A stretch of 64,000 bases of DNA. Source: an uncultured Deferribacteraceae bacterium (GTDB taxonomy: Bacteria > Chrysiogenota > Deferribacteres > CAMZNJ01). The position numbers and the translations under genes are program-made. The notes under the pieces are model-generated. The model did not search any database and was not told the origin of the DNA. It saw nothing but the letters and a program-made list of their open reading frames with translations. This document shows positions 17,451 to 28,836 of this stretch, piece after piece (positions within the stretch are counted from its first letter, which is position 1; each line of letters opens with the position of its first letter). Where the stretch lies: contig CAMZNS010000026.1 in NCBI GenBank assembly GCA_947313855.1, positions 2,141 through 66,140 on the forward strand. Reading direction: 5' to 3'.

Positions 17451-19445
17451 ATGGGGGCAGAGATGACCAAACCAACACTACACGTAACAACGCCGATGTA
17501 CTACGTAAACGATATTGCTCATATCGGACATGCGTACACCACAATTGCTGGGGATGTGCTTTGTCGCTACCGTCGCATGACGGGGTACGATGTATTTTAC
17601 ACCACGGGGACGGATGAGCACGGTCAGAAAATCGCCGAAGCCGCTGAAGGGCGGGGGATGACGCCGAAACAGCTTGCCGACACTGTTGTCACAAAGTTTG
17701 TTGACCTGTGGGACACCCTAAACATCGACTACCAGAGCTTCTCACGCACCACCGATGTTGGGCACAAAGCTAGTGTTCAGAAGGAGTTCCAGTCCATGTT
17801 TGACAATGGCGACATCTACTTGGGCAAGTATTCGGGGTACTACTGTGTGCCGTGCGAATCGTTTTGGACGGACACGCAACTTGGTGAAGGGGCGGTGTGT
17901 CCATCGTGCAACAGGGGTGTGAAGATTGTGGAGGAGGACAGCTACTTCTTCCGATTGAGCCGATATCAGGACAAGCTGTTGCAACATATCAAAGACAACC
18001 CAAGCTTCATACAGCCTGAGGCACGACGCAATGAGGTGGTATCGTTCATCGAAAGCGGGCTCAACGATCTGTCGGTTTCGCGTACATCGTTTGATTGGGG
18101 GATACATGTGCCGTTTGACAACAAACACGTGGTTTACGTGTGGCTCGATGCCCTATCCAGCTACATAACTGCCCTCGGTTATGGCACCTCTGATGCCAAC
18201 TTCCAGCGGTATTGGGGGAACACCATCCACCTTGTGGGGAAGGATATTCTTCGCTTCCACACCATCTATTGGCCAGCATTCCTTATGAGCATGGGTGTGG
18301 AGTTGCCGAAGCAGGTGTTCGCCCATGGTTGGTGGACTGTTGAGGGGCAAAAAATGAGCAAATCCTTGGGGAACGCCATCAACCCTGTGGAGCTCGTAAA
18401 CGATTTCGGTGCCGACGCTGTGAGGTACTTCCTCTTGCAAACCATGCCCTTCGGAAACGACGGCAACTTCAGCTATGAAGTATTCATCTCCAAAATCAAT
18501 CACGACCTCTCCAATGACTACGGCAACCTAGTCAACAGAGTCGCACAAATGGTGCACAAGTACTTCAACTCCGTGATGCCACACCTAAGTACCAAACATA
18601 GTGACGCAAGGGAGAACCCTGAAACATACAAAAAACTATTCCCACTGGAACACCACTTGGACGAACTGCTAGATCAAACTGTCCGTACGGTGGATGCCTC
18701 CATGGACACACTGTCGTTTAACGAAGCACTCAAGGCGATTAGAGCCTACATCTCCGCAACAAATAAATACGTGGATGCGGCAAAACCGTGGACGGTGGCA
18801 ACCGAAGGAGATATGGATCGTCTTGGTGATATCCTCAATCGTGCGATGAATGCGTCGTTGCTTGCGACCCGACTTCTGTCGCCGTTTATGCCCGAAACAG
18901 CCGACAAAGTATTTGTGTTGTTGGGCGTGGAGAATCCCTTGTTGGCAAGTAGCGAGAAGTTGAAGTTGGATATGGTGTCGGGTGGTCAGAAGATTACCTT
19001 CAATACGCAGCTTTTCCCTAAGGTGGACGCGAAGGTGTTCCTTGCGAAGCGGGGTGCGACCACTTCTACCACGGGGAACGCGACCACGGGGAACGCTGAT
19101 GTTGTGTCTACCGTTGGTATCGATGAGTTTTTCAAAACTCAGATACTTGCTGGGAAGATTATGGCGGCAACGGCTGTTCCGAAGTCGTCGAAGCTTCTTC
19201 AGCTTAGTGTGGATTTTGGTGGTGCGATGGGCACTGCTGAGAACGCGACCATTGTTGCAGGTGTGAAAAAAACGTACGCACCTGAGGATTTGGTGGGCAA
19301 GACGGTTGCGTTTGCTGCCAACATCAAGCCTACTAAGATAATGGGCGTGCTTAGTCAGGGTATGATACTTGCTGTTGATAATGGTACGCGTCATTTTGTG
19401 ATGGAGTTGGATGATTCCGTTGTTCCGGGCACCCGCATTAAGTAG
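17451..19445 (+). CDS. metG: Methionyl-tRNA synthetase with a C-terminal EMAP/tRNA-binding domain.
   Basis: The HIGH motif (IAHIGHAYT), KMSKS (KMSKSLGN), a CxxC...CxxC zinc knuckle and a C-terminal Trbp111-like domain. Confidence 0.95.
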   Translation: MGAEMTKPTLHVTTPMYYVNDIAHIGHAYTTIAGDVLCRYRRMTGYDVFYTTGTDEHGQKIAEAAEGRGMTPKQLADTVVTKFVDLWDTLNIDYQSFSRTTDVGHKASVQKEFQSMFDNGDIYLGKYSGYYCVPCESFWTDTQLGEGAVCPSCNRGVKIVEEDSYFFRLSRYQDKLLQHIKDNPSFIQPEARRNEVVSFIESGLNDLSVSRTSFDWGIHVPFDNKHVVYVWLDALSSYITALGYGTSDANFQRYWGNTIHLVGKDILRFHTIYWPAFLMSMGVELPKQVFAHGWWTVEGQKMSKSLGNAINPVELVNDFGADAVRYFLLQTMPFGNDGNFSYEVFISKINHDLSNDYGNLVNRVAQMVHKYFNSVMPHLSTKHSDARENPETYKKLFPLEHHLDELLDQTVRTVDASMDTLSFNEALKAIRAYISATNKYVDAAKPWTVATEGDMDRLGDILNRAMNASLLATRLLSPFMPETADKVFVLLGVENPLLASSEKLKLDMVSGGQKITFNTQLFPKVDAKVFLAKRGATTSTTGNATTGNADVVSTVGIDEFFKTQILAGKIMAATAVPKSSKLLQLSVDFGGAMGTAENATIVAGVKKTYAPEDLVGKTVAFAANIKPTKIMGVLSQGMILAVDNGTRHFVMELDDSVVPGTRIK

Positions 19446-19450
19446 GGGGC

Positions 19451-19530
19451 GGTTACGCTACCGCTACCGCTACGACCACGGCGACCACGGTTGCGTTGGC
19501 ACGGTTACGCTACCACCGCTACGACCATGC
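19451..19530. repeat. Degenerate tandem repeat (CGCTACCGCTACGACCACGG-like) in the convergent metG/tyrS intergenic region.
   Basis: Read directly in the sequence. Confidence 0.7.
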
Positions 19531-20735
19531 TATGTTACAACTAGTTTGGCAAACTTCCTCTTGCCGACCTTCAGCACGTGCTCCCCATTGGTGAGTACGT
19601 GTGCGGGGTCGTTGATTCGTTCGCCGTCGATACTTACCCCCCCTTGCGATATATTTCGTCGCCCTTCGCTTTTCGAGGTGACCATTGCACATTCCACCAT
19701 GGCGTCTAGTACTGTTGTGGTGTTTATGTTGAAGTGTGGCATGCTGTCGGGGTTTTCTTTTTTGGAGAAGACCTGTTCGAAGTTTGCTCTTGCGTCTGTG
19801 GCGTCTTGTTTTGCGTGGTATATTTCTGTGATGTGCCCTGCCAGAATTTTTTTTGCTTCCATTGGGTGTAGGGTTCCGTTGTCCGTATCTTTCTGCATGG
19901 ACAGTATTTCGCTAGTGGTGAACCTTGTCAGCAGGGTGTAGTACTCCCACATGATGCTGTCGGGTATGGACATGAGTTTGCCGAACATGGTGTTGGGGTT
20001 GTCGGTGATGCCCACGTAGTTGCCTAGGGATTTGCTCATTTTGTCGCCCCCTGACAGTCCAACGAGTAGTGGCATCATTAGTGGTATTTGTGTTTCTTGG
20101 TTGTAGCACCGTTGTAGGTCTCGTCCGACGAGTAGGTTGAATTTTTGATCCATTCCGCCGAGTTCCATGTCAGCTTTCATTGCGACGGAGTCGTACCCTT
20201 GCACTAGTGGGTAGAGTAGTTCGTGCATGGCGATGGGTTGGTTGTTTTTGAATCTATTGGTGAAGTCATCCCTTTCGAGCAGTCTTGCGATGGTGTAGTT
20301 TGATGTTAGTTTGATGAAATCGGCTGGCATCATAGCGTTAAACCATTGGCTGTTGTATGCGATGGTAGTTTTTTCGGGGTCGAGTAGTTTGAAGACTTGT
20401 TGTTTGTATGTTTCGGCGTTTGCGTCTATCTGTTCGCGTGTTAGTGGTGGTCGTGTTTCATTTTTGCCAGTGGGATCACCGATCATGGCTGTGAAGTCGC
20501 CGATGAGGAATTGGATATCGTAGCCAAGTTCTTGCAGTTGACGCATCTTGTTGAGCAATACGGTGTGTCCGAGGTGTAGGTCGGGTGCTGTGGGGTCGAA
20601 TCCTGCTTTGATGATCATGGACGACTTTTCGCCACTCAAAAAACGCTCCACCTTATTGGCAAGCTCATGGTGTGCCACTATTTCCGCACTACCACGGCAG
20701 ATTATGTCCAAATGTTCTTGCAGATCCTGTTTCAT
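19530..20735 (-). CDS. tyrS: Tyrosyl-tRNA synthetase.
   Basis: The HIGH-class motif (PDLHLGH), KMSKS and a C-terminal S4 domain. The protein is 401 aa. Confidence 0.95.
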   Translation of the reverse strand: MKQDLQEHLDIICRGSAEIVAHHELANKVERFLSGEKSSMIIKAGFDPTAPDLHLGHTVLLNKMRQLQELGYDIQFLIGDFTAMIGDPTGKNETRPPLTREQIDANAETYKQQVFKLLDPEKTTIAYNSQWFNAMMPADFIKLTSNYTIARLLERDDFTNRFKNNQPIAMHELLYPLVQGYDSVAMKADMELGGMDQKFNLLVGRDLQRCYNQETQIPLMMPLLVGLSGGDKMSKSLGNYVGITDNPNTMFGKLMSIPDSIMWEYYTLLTRFTTSEILSMQKDTDNGTLHPMEAKKILAGHITEIYHAKQDATDARANFEQVFSKKENPDSMPHFNINTTTVLDAMVECAMVTSKSEGRRNISQGGVSIDGERINDPAHVLTNGEHVLKVGKRKFAKLVVT

Positions 20736-20763
20736 AACAACTAAACTCCAAGTTTGATATTCG

Positions 20764-21600
20764 TTAGGTGTAGGCTAATGTAAAAAAGATACGATGTATG
20801 GGGGTGGAGAAGAGGGCGTAAACCACGGCAGAAACACCAAGCATGGGGGCGAAGGGGATGGGAATTCGCAGGGAACCGCGACGCAAGGCTATGACGATGC
20901 CAACAAGGATGCCGAAAATAGACGCAAACAACATAACAAACACAGCACCGAAAGGGGTCAAATAAAGGCACAACATCCCCATAAGTTTGTAGTCACCAAA
21001 CCCCATCATCTCCATGTTGCGTAGGCGTCCGTAAATGGTGGTGGGCAAAAAAAGGATGCCAAAACCAACAACACCACTAAACACAGCACTACTAACACCA
21101 GCAATACCAGCCGTCGCAAAACTAAGAACCAAACCGGAAATAATGCCAAACACGATAATGGAGTCGGGGATGATGCCCGTTTCAAAGTTGGGGTCAAGGG
21201 CTGTGTCTAAATCGGCAGTGGCGGCTGCTAGTGCGAAAAATGATAGCAAAAACAATGATAACGAAAAAGGGGCAAAACCGAAACGGTAAGCGATGAAAAA
21301 ATATACGAAACCAAGCAAACCCTCCACAAAAGGGTAGTGAACAGGGATGGAACCACCGCAACAGGAGCCACGACCACGCAACAAAAGGTATGAAACAAGG
21401 GGGATGTTGCGGTAAAACGGGATAGCAGTTTCGCAATCGCGACAACAGGATCGTGTGAGCAGTGAGATACCGCGAGGGAGACGAAATGCTAAGGCGTTGA
21501 TAAAGCTACCAAGGGCGAGACCGACGATCATGCTCCAAATGGGGAATAATCCGAAAGTGTTAACAACAGCGATGGTGGTATCATTGTGAGCGGTGAGCAT
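20764..21600 (-). CDS. pilD: Prepilin (type IV leader) peptidase, A24 family.
   Basis: The N-terminal [12 protein letters not shown]...[36 protein letters not shown] zinc/DiS motif and a polytopic membrane core. Confidence 0.85.
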   Translation of the reverse strand: MLTAHNDTTIAVVNTFGLFPIWSMIVGLALGSFINALAFRLPRGISLLTRSCCRDCETAIPFYRNIPLVSYLLLRGRGSCCGGSIPVHYPFVEGLLGFVYFFIAYRFGFAPFSLSLFLLSFFALAAATADLDTALDPNFETGIIPDSIIVFGIISGLVLSFATAGIAGVSSAVFSGVVGFGILFLPTTIYGRLRNMEMMGFGDYKLMGMLCLYLTPFGAVFVMLFASIFGILVGIVIALRRGSLRIPIPFAPMLGVSAVVYALFSTPIHRIFFTLAYT

Positions 21601-21620
21601 GGTTCGTTCTCCGTGTGTTG

Positions 21621-21688
21621 TGTTGCCGTGTTGCCGTGTTGCCGTGTTGCCGTGTGCCGTGTTGCCGTGTTGCCGTGTGCCGTGCTAT
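21621..21688. repeat. (GTTGCCGT)n tandem repeat immediately upstream of the pilD start and downstream of the oxidoreductase stop.
   Basis: About eight copies were read directly. Confidence 0.9.
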
Positions 21689-22635
21689 TGATTTTTCACA
21701 ATTTCGTCTATTTTGAGTGCGATACCGAGTGTATCGAGGTCACGTTCGGGAGCTATTGTGTTTGTGGATTTCCCTTCGACGAGGTCGAGGAAGTGTATGA
21801 TTTCGCTTTTTAGAGGGTTTGCTTTGTAGACGAACAGTCGTTCTTGTGTGTATTCGCTACGGTAAGTCATCTCTTCGCGTCCGTACATGTGCGAGCTTGC
21901 TGCTCCTTTGTAGATGTTGATATCTTGTGTGGTGTAGTCGAGCAGGATGTAGGAGTCTTTTTGGCTAATGAGCATTGTGCGGTCTTTTTTTTCGGTGAGT
22001 CGGCTAACGACCATGTTTGCTACGGCACCGGATTCGAATTGGAGTGTTGCGGCAACAGCATCGGCGGCGTTTCGTCCGGGTATAACTGTGCCGTGTGCGG
22101 AGATGCCTACAACGGGGGAGCTTATCATGTTGGCAACGAGATCGATATCGTGAATCATGAGGTCGAGCACAATGGAGTCGCCCCCCACGGAGTTGACGAA
22201 AGGACCGACACGACGTGTTTCGATGAGGTAAGGGTTGTCGATTAGTCGTGATATTTCCATGATGGCACCGTTGTATCGTTCCACATGTCCTGTGAGTAGG
22301 GTGAGGTTGGAGTTGGATGCGAGTTGGAAGAGTTCTTTGGCTTCTTGGATGGATAGGCAGAGTGGTTTTTCGGCTAAGACATGTTTGCCTGCGAGTAGGG
22401 CGTTGCGAATAATTTCGTAATGGGAGGGTGATGGTGTGGCAACAGAGATGACGTCCACATGTTTGAGCATCTCTTTGTAGTCTTGGTAGTAGGGTACGCC
22501 GTCGTTTGAGGCAAACTCTGCTACCTCTTTGCGTGGATCGGAGACTCCCGCGAGTGTGCATCGGGTGAGTCGACTGAGTATGCTGTAGTGGTGTCGTCCC
22601 ATTCGTCCGGCACCGATTAAACCGTATCGTAGCAT
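21685..22635 (-). CDS. Gfo/Idh/MocA-family NAD(P)-dependent oxidoreductase. It is a GnnA-like (UDP-GlcNAc 3-dehydrogenase) candidate because it is adjacent to lpxA.
   Basis: The N-terminal Rossmann motif LRYGLIGAGRMGRHHY and a 316-aa Gfo/Idh/MocA architecture. It lies directly 3' of lpxA. Confidence 0.7.
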   Translation of the reverse strand: MLRYGLIGAGRMGRHHYSILSRLTRCTLAGVSDPRKEVAEFASNDGVPYYQDYKEMLKHVDVISVATPSPSHYEIIRNALLAGKHVLAEKPLCLSIQEAKELFQLASNSNLTLLTGHVERYNGAIMEISRLIDNPYLIETRRVGPFVNSVGGDSIVLDLMIHDIDLVANMISSPVVGISAHGTVIPGRNAADAVAATLQFESGAVANMVVSRLTEKKDRTMLISQKDSYILLDYTTQDINIYKGAASSHMYGREEMTYRSEYTQERLFVYKANPLKSEIIHFLDLVEGKSTNTIAPERDLDTLGIALKIDEIVKNQ

Positions 22636-22639
22636 ATAT

Positions 22640-23422
22640 TTACCTCCCGTAACTGCGTTTGCTATCTTGGTTGATGAAGTTTAGGAATTCTTGTATTTCT
22701 GGTATTTGATCGAGGTCAGCTATCTGTTGTCGTACTTCGGCGAGGGTAAGGTTTTTGTCTGTGTAGATGCGTAGGGCGACTTTGAGTGCGGCGATGGTTT
22801 TGCGGTCCATCCCGTTGCGTCGCAGTCCGACAGTATTGAGTGCTGTGGAGTACCCTTTGTGTGGTGTGGCGGTGGTGTATGGGGCAACGTCTTTGGTGAT
22901 GCGGGTGTAGGAGACCATGGCGAGTTTGCCGACGCGTAAGAATTGGTGGATGCCAACATGACCGCCAAGGGTAGCACCGTCGTCGATATGGGCATGACCG
23001 CTAACACCGCTGTAACCGCCAAGGGTAACGTTGTTGCCGATGATAACGTCGTGACCGATGTGTGAGCAGTGTAGGAAGTAGTTGTTGTTGCCAACAGTGG
23101 TCGTGCCGCCGCCAGCAATGGAACCACGACTAATGTTTGTGTGTGGGTAGAAGACGTTACCGTTGCCGACATGCAAAAACACATCTTCGCCGTCGTAGCC
23201 GTAAATCTGGGGATCGCCACCAACAAGGGCGTAGGATTTGACAATATTGTTGGTGCCGAGGGTGGTGTTCCGTCCTACCATGCCATGGGGTTCCACAACG
23301 GTGCCCGAGGCGAGGGTGGTGTTGGCACCGATGAATGCGAACGCACCAACATGGGCATTGGGGTGGATTGTAGCCGTGGGGTCAACAATTGCCGTTGGGT
23401 GAAGTGCGGGCTCCGTTTGCAT
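22640..23422 (-). CDS. lpxA: Acyl-ACP--UDP-N-acetylglucosamine O-acyltransferase LpxA.
   Basis: A left-handed beta-helix of hexapeptide repeats plus the LpxA C-terminal helical domain (GLRRNGMDRKTIAALKVALRIY). Confidence 0.9.
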   Translation of the reverse strand: MQTEPALHPTAIVDPTATIHPNAHVGAFAFIGANTTLASGTVVEPHGMVGRNTTLGTNNIVKSYALVGGDPQIYGYDGEDVFLHVGNGNVFYPHTNISRGSIAGGGTTTVGNNNYFLHCSHIGHDVIIGNNVTLGGYSGVSGHAHIDDGATLGGHVGIHQFLRVGKLAMVSYTRITKDVAPYTTATPHKGYSTALNTVGLRRNGMDRKTIAALKVALRIYTDKNLTLAEVRQQIADLDQIPEIQEFLNFINQDSKRSYGR

Positions 23423-23467
23423 AATTTGATTACATCCTTGTATATTTTTGGCGATGGTAGTGGTGTG

Positions 23468-23959
23468 TTATTCGGCGTTAACGTTGTTATTCTCGTTATT
23501 TTTGGGTGTGATTTCGCAGTAAGTACGGATGGCTGCGGAAGCAACTTTTTTGCCGTTAACGGTGGCATAGCAGTCGAAATCGTAGAACCGTCCACGTTTT
23601 TTCACTATCTCTGTGTGCAAGACGAGGACGTCGCCAGGGACGATTTGTGTTTTGATTTTGAACCTGTCCACGGAGATGAGGAAAACTTTTAGGTCGGAAA
23701 CATCAACGTCGATTTCGTCGATGATGATAAAGTACAGACCACAAAACTGTGCCATGCTCTCGATAACAAGAACGCCGGGGTAGATGGGATTATCGGGGAA
23801 ATGTCCTATGAATGCGGGCTCGCTCATGCTAATATTTTTGATGCCGTATAAAACGTCGTCTTCGTCGCGAACTACTCTGTCTACCAGTGCGAAAGGGGCA
23901 CGGTGTGGCAGCGACTTTAGGATATCATGGTGATTTAAAACTACTTCGTTATGATTCAT
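23468..23959 (-). CDS. fabZ: 3-hydroxyacyl-ACP dehydratase FabZ.
   Basis: Motifs [13 protein letters not shown] and [21 protein letters not shown]. Confidence 0.9.
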   Translation of the reverse strand: MNHNEVVLNHHDILKSLPHRAPFALVDRVVRDEDDVLYGIKNISMSEPAFIGHFPDNPIYPGVLVIESMAQFCGLYFIIIDEIDVDVSDLKVFLISVDRFKIKTQIVPGDVLVLHTEIVKKRGRFYDFDCYATVNGKKVASAAIRTYCEITPKNNENNNVNAE

Positions 23960-25781
23960 AATCTTCTCTCTCTTTTTTTATAATGGTTTTTAAGACTTTT
24001 GTGTTTTTGGTAAGGAATGAAAGCAAGACGCGTTCGCGACTCCAATGCTCCCATAGCTTGGCGGGGGTGCCAACATAGATGCCACCAGCTTGGGTGAGAT
24101 TTTTGGAGACAGAAGTGGTGGCATAGAGGCGAATACCGCTAGCAACAGTGATGTGATCCGAAATGCTGGCGGCACCACCCATCATAACGTAGTCGCCAAG
24201 GGTGGAGCTACCGGCAACGGCACTTTTACCCGCCATGATACAACCACGACCAAGAATAACATTGTGGGCGATGTGGCATTGGTTGTCGATCTTGCAACCG
24301 CTACCAATAACTGTGTCACGAATGGCACCGCGATCGATGGTGGTGCCTGAGCCGACCTCGACGTTGTTGCCGATGATAACGGAGCCAACTTGTGGTACTT
24401 TGATGAATTCACCCGCAATGAAGCGGAAGCCGAACCCGTCGCCACCGATGGTTACGCTGTTGTGCAGGGAGACGTTGTTGCCGATGGTGGCTTCAGCGGA
24501 GATGGTTGTACCTGAGCCTATTTCGCAAAAATCGCCGATGGTTACGCCAGATTCGATGTGTGCCGAAGGGCTGATGGTGCACCCTTTGCCGATGGTTACG
24601 CCAGCACTAATGTGGGCGAAGCTGCCGATGCGACAACCCTCGCCAAGGGTCGCAGTTGGGTGTACGAATGCCCGTGGGGATATCTCCAAGTAACCGCCGA
24701 GCATCCAGCGTAATTCCCATGAAAGGAGGGTGGTTAGGAGTTGTAGGCTTGCAACACTTCTTGAGTCGAGGTGGTTTTGAGCCAGCCATGGGGGTGTTGC
24801 GTTGTCGTTGCCGTTGTCGTTGCCGTTGTCGTTGTCGCCAGCGGTGCTCGAACCAGCGTTGTTAGGGAAGATACTGCCCATAATGACGGCGGTGTCTTCA
24901 GTGGTAATGGTAATGGTGCTGTAAGTGGGGGTGGGTGAGTACTCGCCAATATTTTTCAGGAAGGAGTGTAGGGCGGGTCTCAGGGTGTTGGAGAGCCACA
25001 CCCATGGTTCTGTTTCGGAGTTGTTGTCATGGTTGTGTGTATTTGATGTGGCGGTCATGGCGGTCATGGCGGTTGCTAGGGGGTAGAAAGTGTTCATTAG
25101 GCTTAGCATGGCGGTGTCGGCAGTTTCGTCACCATCGTGGGATGGGATAACGATACCACAATGGTCGGGGGTGAATGCGACACCTTCGAGGACGATAAAC
25201 AGCTCACAAGCATGCGGCGTACCCTCTGCTTCCATGCGATTGAGTTTGTCTGCAATATTTTGGGTGGTGACCAGAACGGCAAGCCCTGATTGTTGATCGT
25301 TGTAGTCGCTTAGCCCCTGAATGATATTTACGCTGTGCCCTTGATGGTTGTGGTAGCTGAGGTTGCGTAGGGGTGTGTTGTTGCTGTTGTTTAGGGGTGT
25401 GTTCGTGATGGCACTGTGGAGTTGTGTTGCGAGTTGTGCAAGAGGGTCGTTGGGCGTGATTGTGCCGTTGCGGAAACGGTTGCCTGAAGTGATGAGTGTT
25501 GGTGGTAGGGGAGCAATGTTCTCTTCATGTGCGGGAGTATTTGCGGGGTTTGGCATGCGGAATCCTACACGATGGTAGAGGTCTTCCATGTGTTCGAACA
25601 GGAAGCGGTACATGGTGGTAGCGTCGTGTATGTGTTCGTTGCCGTCAGCCCATTTATGTTGATGCTGCTGTTGTTCATCAGAAGTTGTATTTTTCAGTGT
25701 TGCAAGAGTTGTGTAGAAGGCACCTTGCAGTTTTGTTTCCAGCTCCTTGGCTGTGAAAGTTCTATTTCTTCTTTTTGCCAT
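23949..25781 (-). CDS. lpxD: UDP-3-O-acylglucosamine N-acyltransferase LpxD. Its N-terminal region is about 245 aa longer than usual and carries low-complexity segments.
   Basis: The C-terminal 270 aa align along their full length with the E. coli LpxD beta-helix and C-terminal helix ([20 protein letters not shown]...GDGFGF...[11 protein letters not shown]...). The protein is 610 aa versus about 340 typical. The extra sequence includes [13 protein letters not shown] and [13 protein letters not shown] tracts. Confidence 0.85.
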   Translation of the reverse strand: MAKRRNRTFTAKELETKLQGAFYTTLATLKNTTSDEQQQHQHKWADGNEHIHDATTMYRFLFEHMEDLYHRVGFRMPNPANTPAHEENIAPLPPTLITSGNRFRNGTITPNDPLAQLATQLHSAITNTPLNNSNNTPLRNLSYHNHQGHSVNIIQGLSDYNDQQSGLAVLVTTQNIADKLNRMEAEGTPHACELFIVLEGVAFTPDHCGIVIPSHDGDETADTAMLSLMNTFYPLATAMTAMTATSNTHNHDNNSETEPWVWLSNTLRPALHSFLKNIGEYSPTPTYSTITITTEDTAVIMGSIFPNNAGSSTAGDNDNGNDNGNDNATPPWLAQNHLDSRSVASLQLLTTLLSWELRWMLGGYLEISPRAFVHPTATLGEGCRIGSFAHISAGVTIGKGCTISPSAHIESGVTIGDFCEIGSGTTISAEATIGNNVSLHNSVTIGGDGFGFRFIAGEFIKVPQVGSVIIGNNVEVGSGTTIDRGAIRDTVIGSGCKIDNQCHIAHNVILGRGCIMAGKSAVAGSSTLGDYVMMGGAASISDHITVASGIRLYATTSVSKNLTQAGGIYVGTPAKLWEHWSRERVLLSFLTKNTKVLKTIIKKEREDYES

Positions 25782-26301
25782 AAGATGCGTCGTAGATTTT
25801 TAATATTTCGTTGGTAACGTCGTCTTTGGGGTCGTAGTAGATGATTGTTGGTGGGGCAGTGTTCATGAGAATGGAGTAGTTATTTTTTTTTGCGTACGTG
25901 TTTGATATTTCGGCGACGTCTTTGTAGATGGAGTTGAGGGCTTGAGCTCGTAGAGAGTTGAGTTCTTGTTGTGTTACGGCGAGTAGTTGTTGGTATTCGG
26001 CTTGTGATTGGTAGAGTGCTTTTAGAGCCTCTTCTTGTTTGGCTTGTGACCAGATTTTGCTATTATCTTGAATCTCTTTTTGAGCTTTGAGGAGGTTTTT
26101 TTCGGCACTAGCGATAATCTCTTTTTTGTCGGTGTCGAATTTTTTCAGGTCGTCGAGGGATGATTTGCCGGCTTTGCTGTTCATGGCAATGAGGTCGAGG
26201 TTGATGAAGCCGATGCGTTGGGATACGTTTTCGTTACCGAGTGCTAGTGTAGAGATTAGCACAAAGGTTGCGAGGAGCACCCAGATTTGAGTAAGTTTCA
26301 T
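25762..26301 (-). CDS. skp: Periplasmic chaperone Skp/OmpH.
   Basis: A signal peptide and coiled-coil OmpH-like sequence. It lies between bamA and lpxD as in the canonical cluster. Confidence 0.8.
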   Translation of the reverse strand: MKLTQIWVLLATFVLISTLALGNENVSQRIGFINLDLIAMNSKAGKSSLDDLKKFDTDKKEIIASAEKNLLKAQKEIQDNSKIWSQAKQEEALKALYQSQAEYQQLLAVTQQELNSLRAQALNSIYKDVAEISNTYAKKNNYSILMNTAPPTIIYYDPKDDVTNEILKIYDASYGKKKK

Positions 26302-26412
26302 AAAATTGTCTCCGTTTTCGTCGAATACGTTGTTTTCCCAATGTTACCATATTTGAGTGGAACATACAAGGTAATTCGTGTATTGCTAAAGTTTCTTCGG
26401 TGTAGTTGCGTA

Positions 26413-28836
26413 TTAGAAGGCGACGTTTCCTATGCCGAAGTGCACCAATCCTGTTGCTGAGTCGTATTTGTAGGGTGTGAGTTTGTGTCCGAATTCGAGT
26501 CGGAACAGGCCAGCAGGTGTGCGGAATCGTAGTCCGATACCTATTGATTGTAGTAGCCCTTCGTTGTACTGTTTGCCTACGACGTTAAACATGTATCCGC
26601 CATCGTAAAAGACAACAGCTTGTATGTACCCTTCGTTGTTGATGGATGCGATGAGTTCTTGTGAGAACACGAAGAAGTTGTCGCCACCGATGATACCGTC
26701 GTCGGCGTGTATGGCGATGGAGTTGGGTGAGAATCCGCGTATGGAGCCGATACCACCGCGGAAGTAGCGTGCTTCGCCGGGTATTGGGTTGTTGTTGAGG
26801 GGGAGTAGTGTTGATTGGTTTGTGGTAGTGTTGAGTGTGAAGTACTCTTTGAAGGTGTAGTAGTTTGCGGCGTAGGCGAATATCTCTTGGTAGTTTTCGT
26901 CGCCACCGAGAACGCCCCCTGTGTAGGTGTACCGCATGCCGGCACTTTTTCCGGACGCTGGGTAGAGGTTGTTGTTGAGTGAGTTGTAGTAGACGGATAG
27001 GTCGGTGGACCATGTGGTGGAGACACCTTCACTATCGATGATGCTTTGTGGTGTGAATTGTGCTGATGCGTTGTAGATCTCTTTGCGACGCCAGTTGAGT
27101 CCTACGGCACCGTAGAGGTTTGGCACAAAGATGTTGCGGAAAACGGTGGTTGAGAGTCCGATTTCGCGGGAGCTGTAAGACAGGGATGAGACGTCTTGGT
27201 GGTTGCTGTAGTAGACGGTTGATCGGAGCCCTGTTTTGGAGTCGAACACTCTGGGGTTGGTGAAAGACAGATCGATGGTTGAGTCGTCAAACCCTAGTTG
27301 CACGGTGGTATCGACTAGGTAGCCACGCCCCCAGAAGTTGTCTTTGTAGAGTTTGCCGATGATGAGGAAGTCGCCGTTGGTGGTGAAGCTGAGTCCGAGG
27401 TTGAATTCACCGGTGGCGGATTCTTCGAGTGAGACTTCGAGGTCCACGTATTTTTTGCCTGTGGATTCGTTAACGGTGAAGTTTTTGTAGTTGTAGGTAA
27501 CGTTGGAGAAGTAGCCTGTGCGGATGACGTTGATGTATCCTGACTGCACATTTGAGGCGTTGATGAGGTTGCCTTCGGGCATGGAGTCGAATTGTCGGCG
27601 TATTATTCGGTCTTGGGTGACGGTGTTCCCCACAACATTGAGGTGGTTGAGGTAGTATTTGTCCCCTTTGTTGATCATGAATTCTATGTTGAGCACGGCA
27701 ATATCTTGTGTGCCTCGAAATTGAAATTGCACGTCGGCGAGGATGTAACCGAGGTTGCTGAATTTGCTACGAATACTTTGCGATGCGTCTTCGAGTTTGC
27801 TTGCGTCGATGGGTTTGCCTGCATCGAGGTCGACTAGGTCGAGTAGTTCTTCGGCGGAGAATAGGTTGTCGTTGCCGGTGATGCTGAGGTTGCCGAGGTA
27901 GAATATGTCGCCTTCGTCGATATCGAATGATACGCGGAGTATGCCTTTGGCGTCGTCGTCTACGCTAACGCGTGCTTCGGATACGCGTACGTTGAGGTAT
28001 CCTAGTCGTGCGTATTCGGCGATGATAATCTGTTTGTCTCGTCCGAGTTTGGCGTAGTCTAAAATCCCTGTGCTGCTTAGTTTTGACCAGAAGGATTTCT
28101 CTTTGGAGAGTAGTTTTGATCGTAGTTTGGCTTCATCGAGGACGGTGTTGCCGGGGAAGTCGATGTTGTAGATTTTGGCTTTGAAGCCTTCGTTGACGAG
28201 TATGTTGATGTCGAAGTTGCCGTTGTTGGGTTCGAGTGCGTATGCGATGGAGTAGTTGGAGTATTTTTTGCTGGCAATATATTTATTGAGTTCCACGGCT
28301 GTGGAGTTCATTAGGTCTCGGGTGTATGTTTTGTTGGTTTTGAGCGTAGATTTGGAGACGAGTGTTTTGGATTTGAGTTTTACGTTGCCTGTGGATGTTA
28401 CGCTGTTGACTTTGGGGTTGTCGTAGATGTGGTATACGATGGCAACATTGGCACCGTCGGCTTGTTCGTACAGGTCTACGGCGACATACTCCACTTTGTA
28501 GGTTTGGTAGATCTCTTTGATGCTGTCGTCGAGTTGTTGGTAATCGAAGGTGGTGCCCACTTGTACGGCAACGGTGGCGAGTGCGGTTTGTGAGTATCTT
28601 GAGTTGTCGGTGAAGTCAACGGAGGAGATACGCAATTGTTTGTCCATGGCATTGTTGGGAGAGATGGGTGTGCCTGTGCTGATGTATTCGGGTATGGATA
28701 GGGTGTTGTTGTCGGTAGGTTTGTCGCCGAGTGCCGTGTTGGGGAGCAGGGTTAGTGTGGGTGTCAGTATTAGTAGGGCGACACTGAGTAATGCGATTAG
28801 TTTGTGTTTGTGTGCGAGGGGTGTGTTTGCGGTCAT
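26413..28836 (-). CDS. bamA: Outer-membrane protein assembly factor BamA.
   Basis: A signal peptide, POTRA repeats and a C-terminal Omp85 beta-barrel ending in ...GIGNVAF. The protein is 807 aa. Confidence 0.9.
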   Translation of the reverse strand: MTANTPLAHKHKLIALLSVALLILTPTLTLLPNTALGDKPTDNNTLSIPEYISTGTPISPNNAMDKQLRISSVDFTDNSRYSQTALATVAVQVGTTFDYQQLDDSIKEIYQTYKVEYVAVDLYEQADGANVAIVYHIYDNPKVNSVTSTGNVKLKSKTLVSKSTLKTNKTYTRDLMNSTAVELNKYIASKKYSNYSIAYALEPNNGNFDINILVNEGFKAKIYNIDFPGNTVLDEAKLRSKLLSKEKSFWSKLSSTGILDYAKLGRDKQIIIAEYARLGYLNVRVSEARVSVDDDAKGILRVSFDIDEGDIFYLGNLSITGNDNLFSAEELLDLVDLDAGKPIDASKLEDASQSIRSKFSNLGYILADVQFQFRGTQDIAVLNIEFMINKGDKYYLNHLNVVGNTVTQDRIIRRQFDSMPEGNLINASNVQSGYINVIRTGYFSNVTYNYKNFTVNESTGKKYVDLEVSLEESATGEFNLGLSFTTNGDFLIIGKLYKDNFWGRGYLVDTTVQLGFDDSTIDLSFTNPRVFDSKTGLRSTVYYSNHQDVSSLSYSSREIGLSTTVFRNIFVPNLYGAVGLNWRRKEIYNASAQFTPQSIIDSEGVSTTWSTDLSVYYNSLNNNLYPASGKSAGMRYTYTGGVLGGDENYQEIFAYAANYYTFKEYFTLNTTTNQSTLLPLNNNPIPGEARYFRGGIGSIRGFSPNSIAIHADDGIIGGDNFFVFSQELIASINNEGYIQAVVFYDGGYMFNVVGKQYNEGLLQSIGIGLRFRTPAGLFRLEFGHKLTPYKYDSATGLVHFGIGNVAF

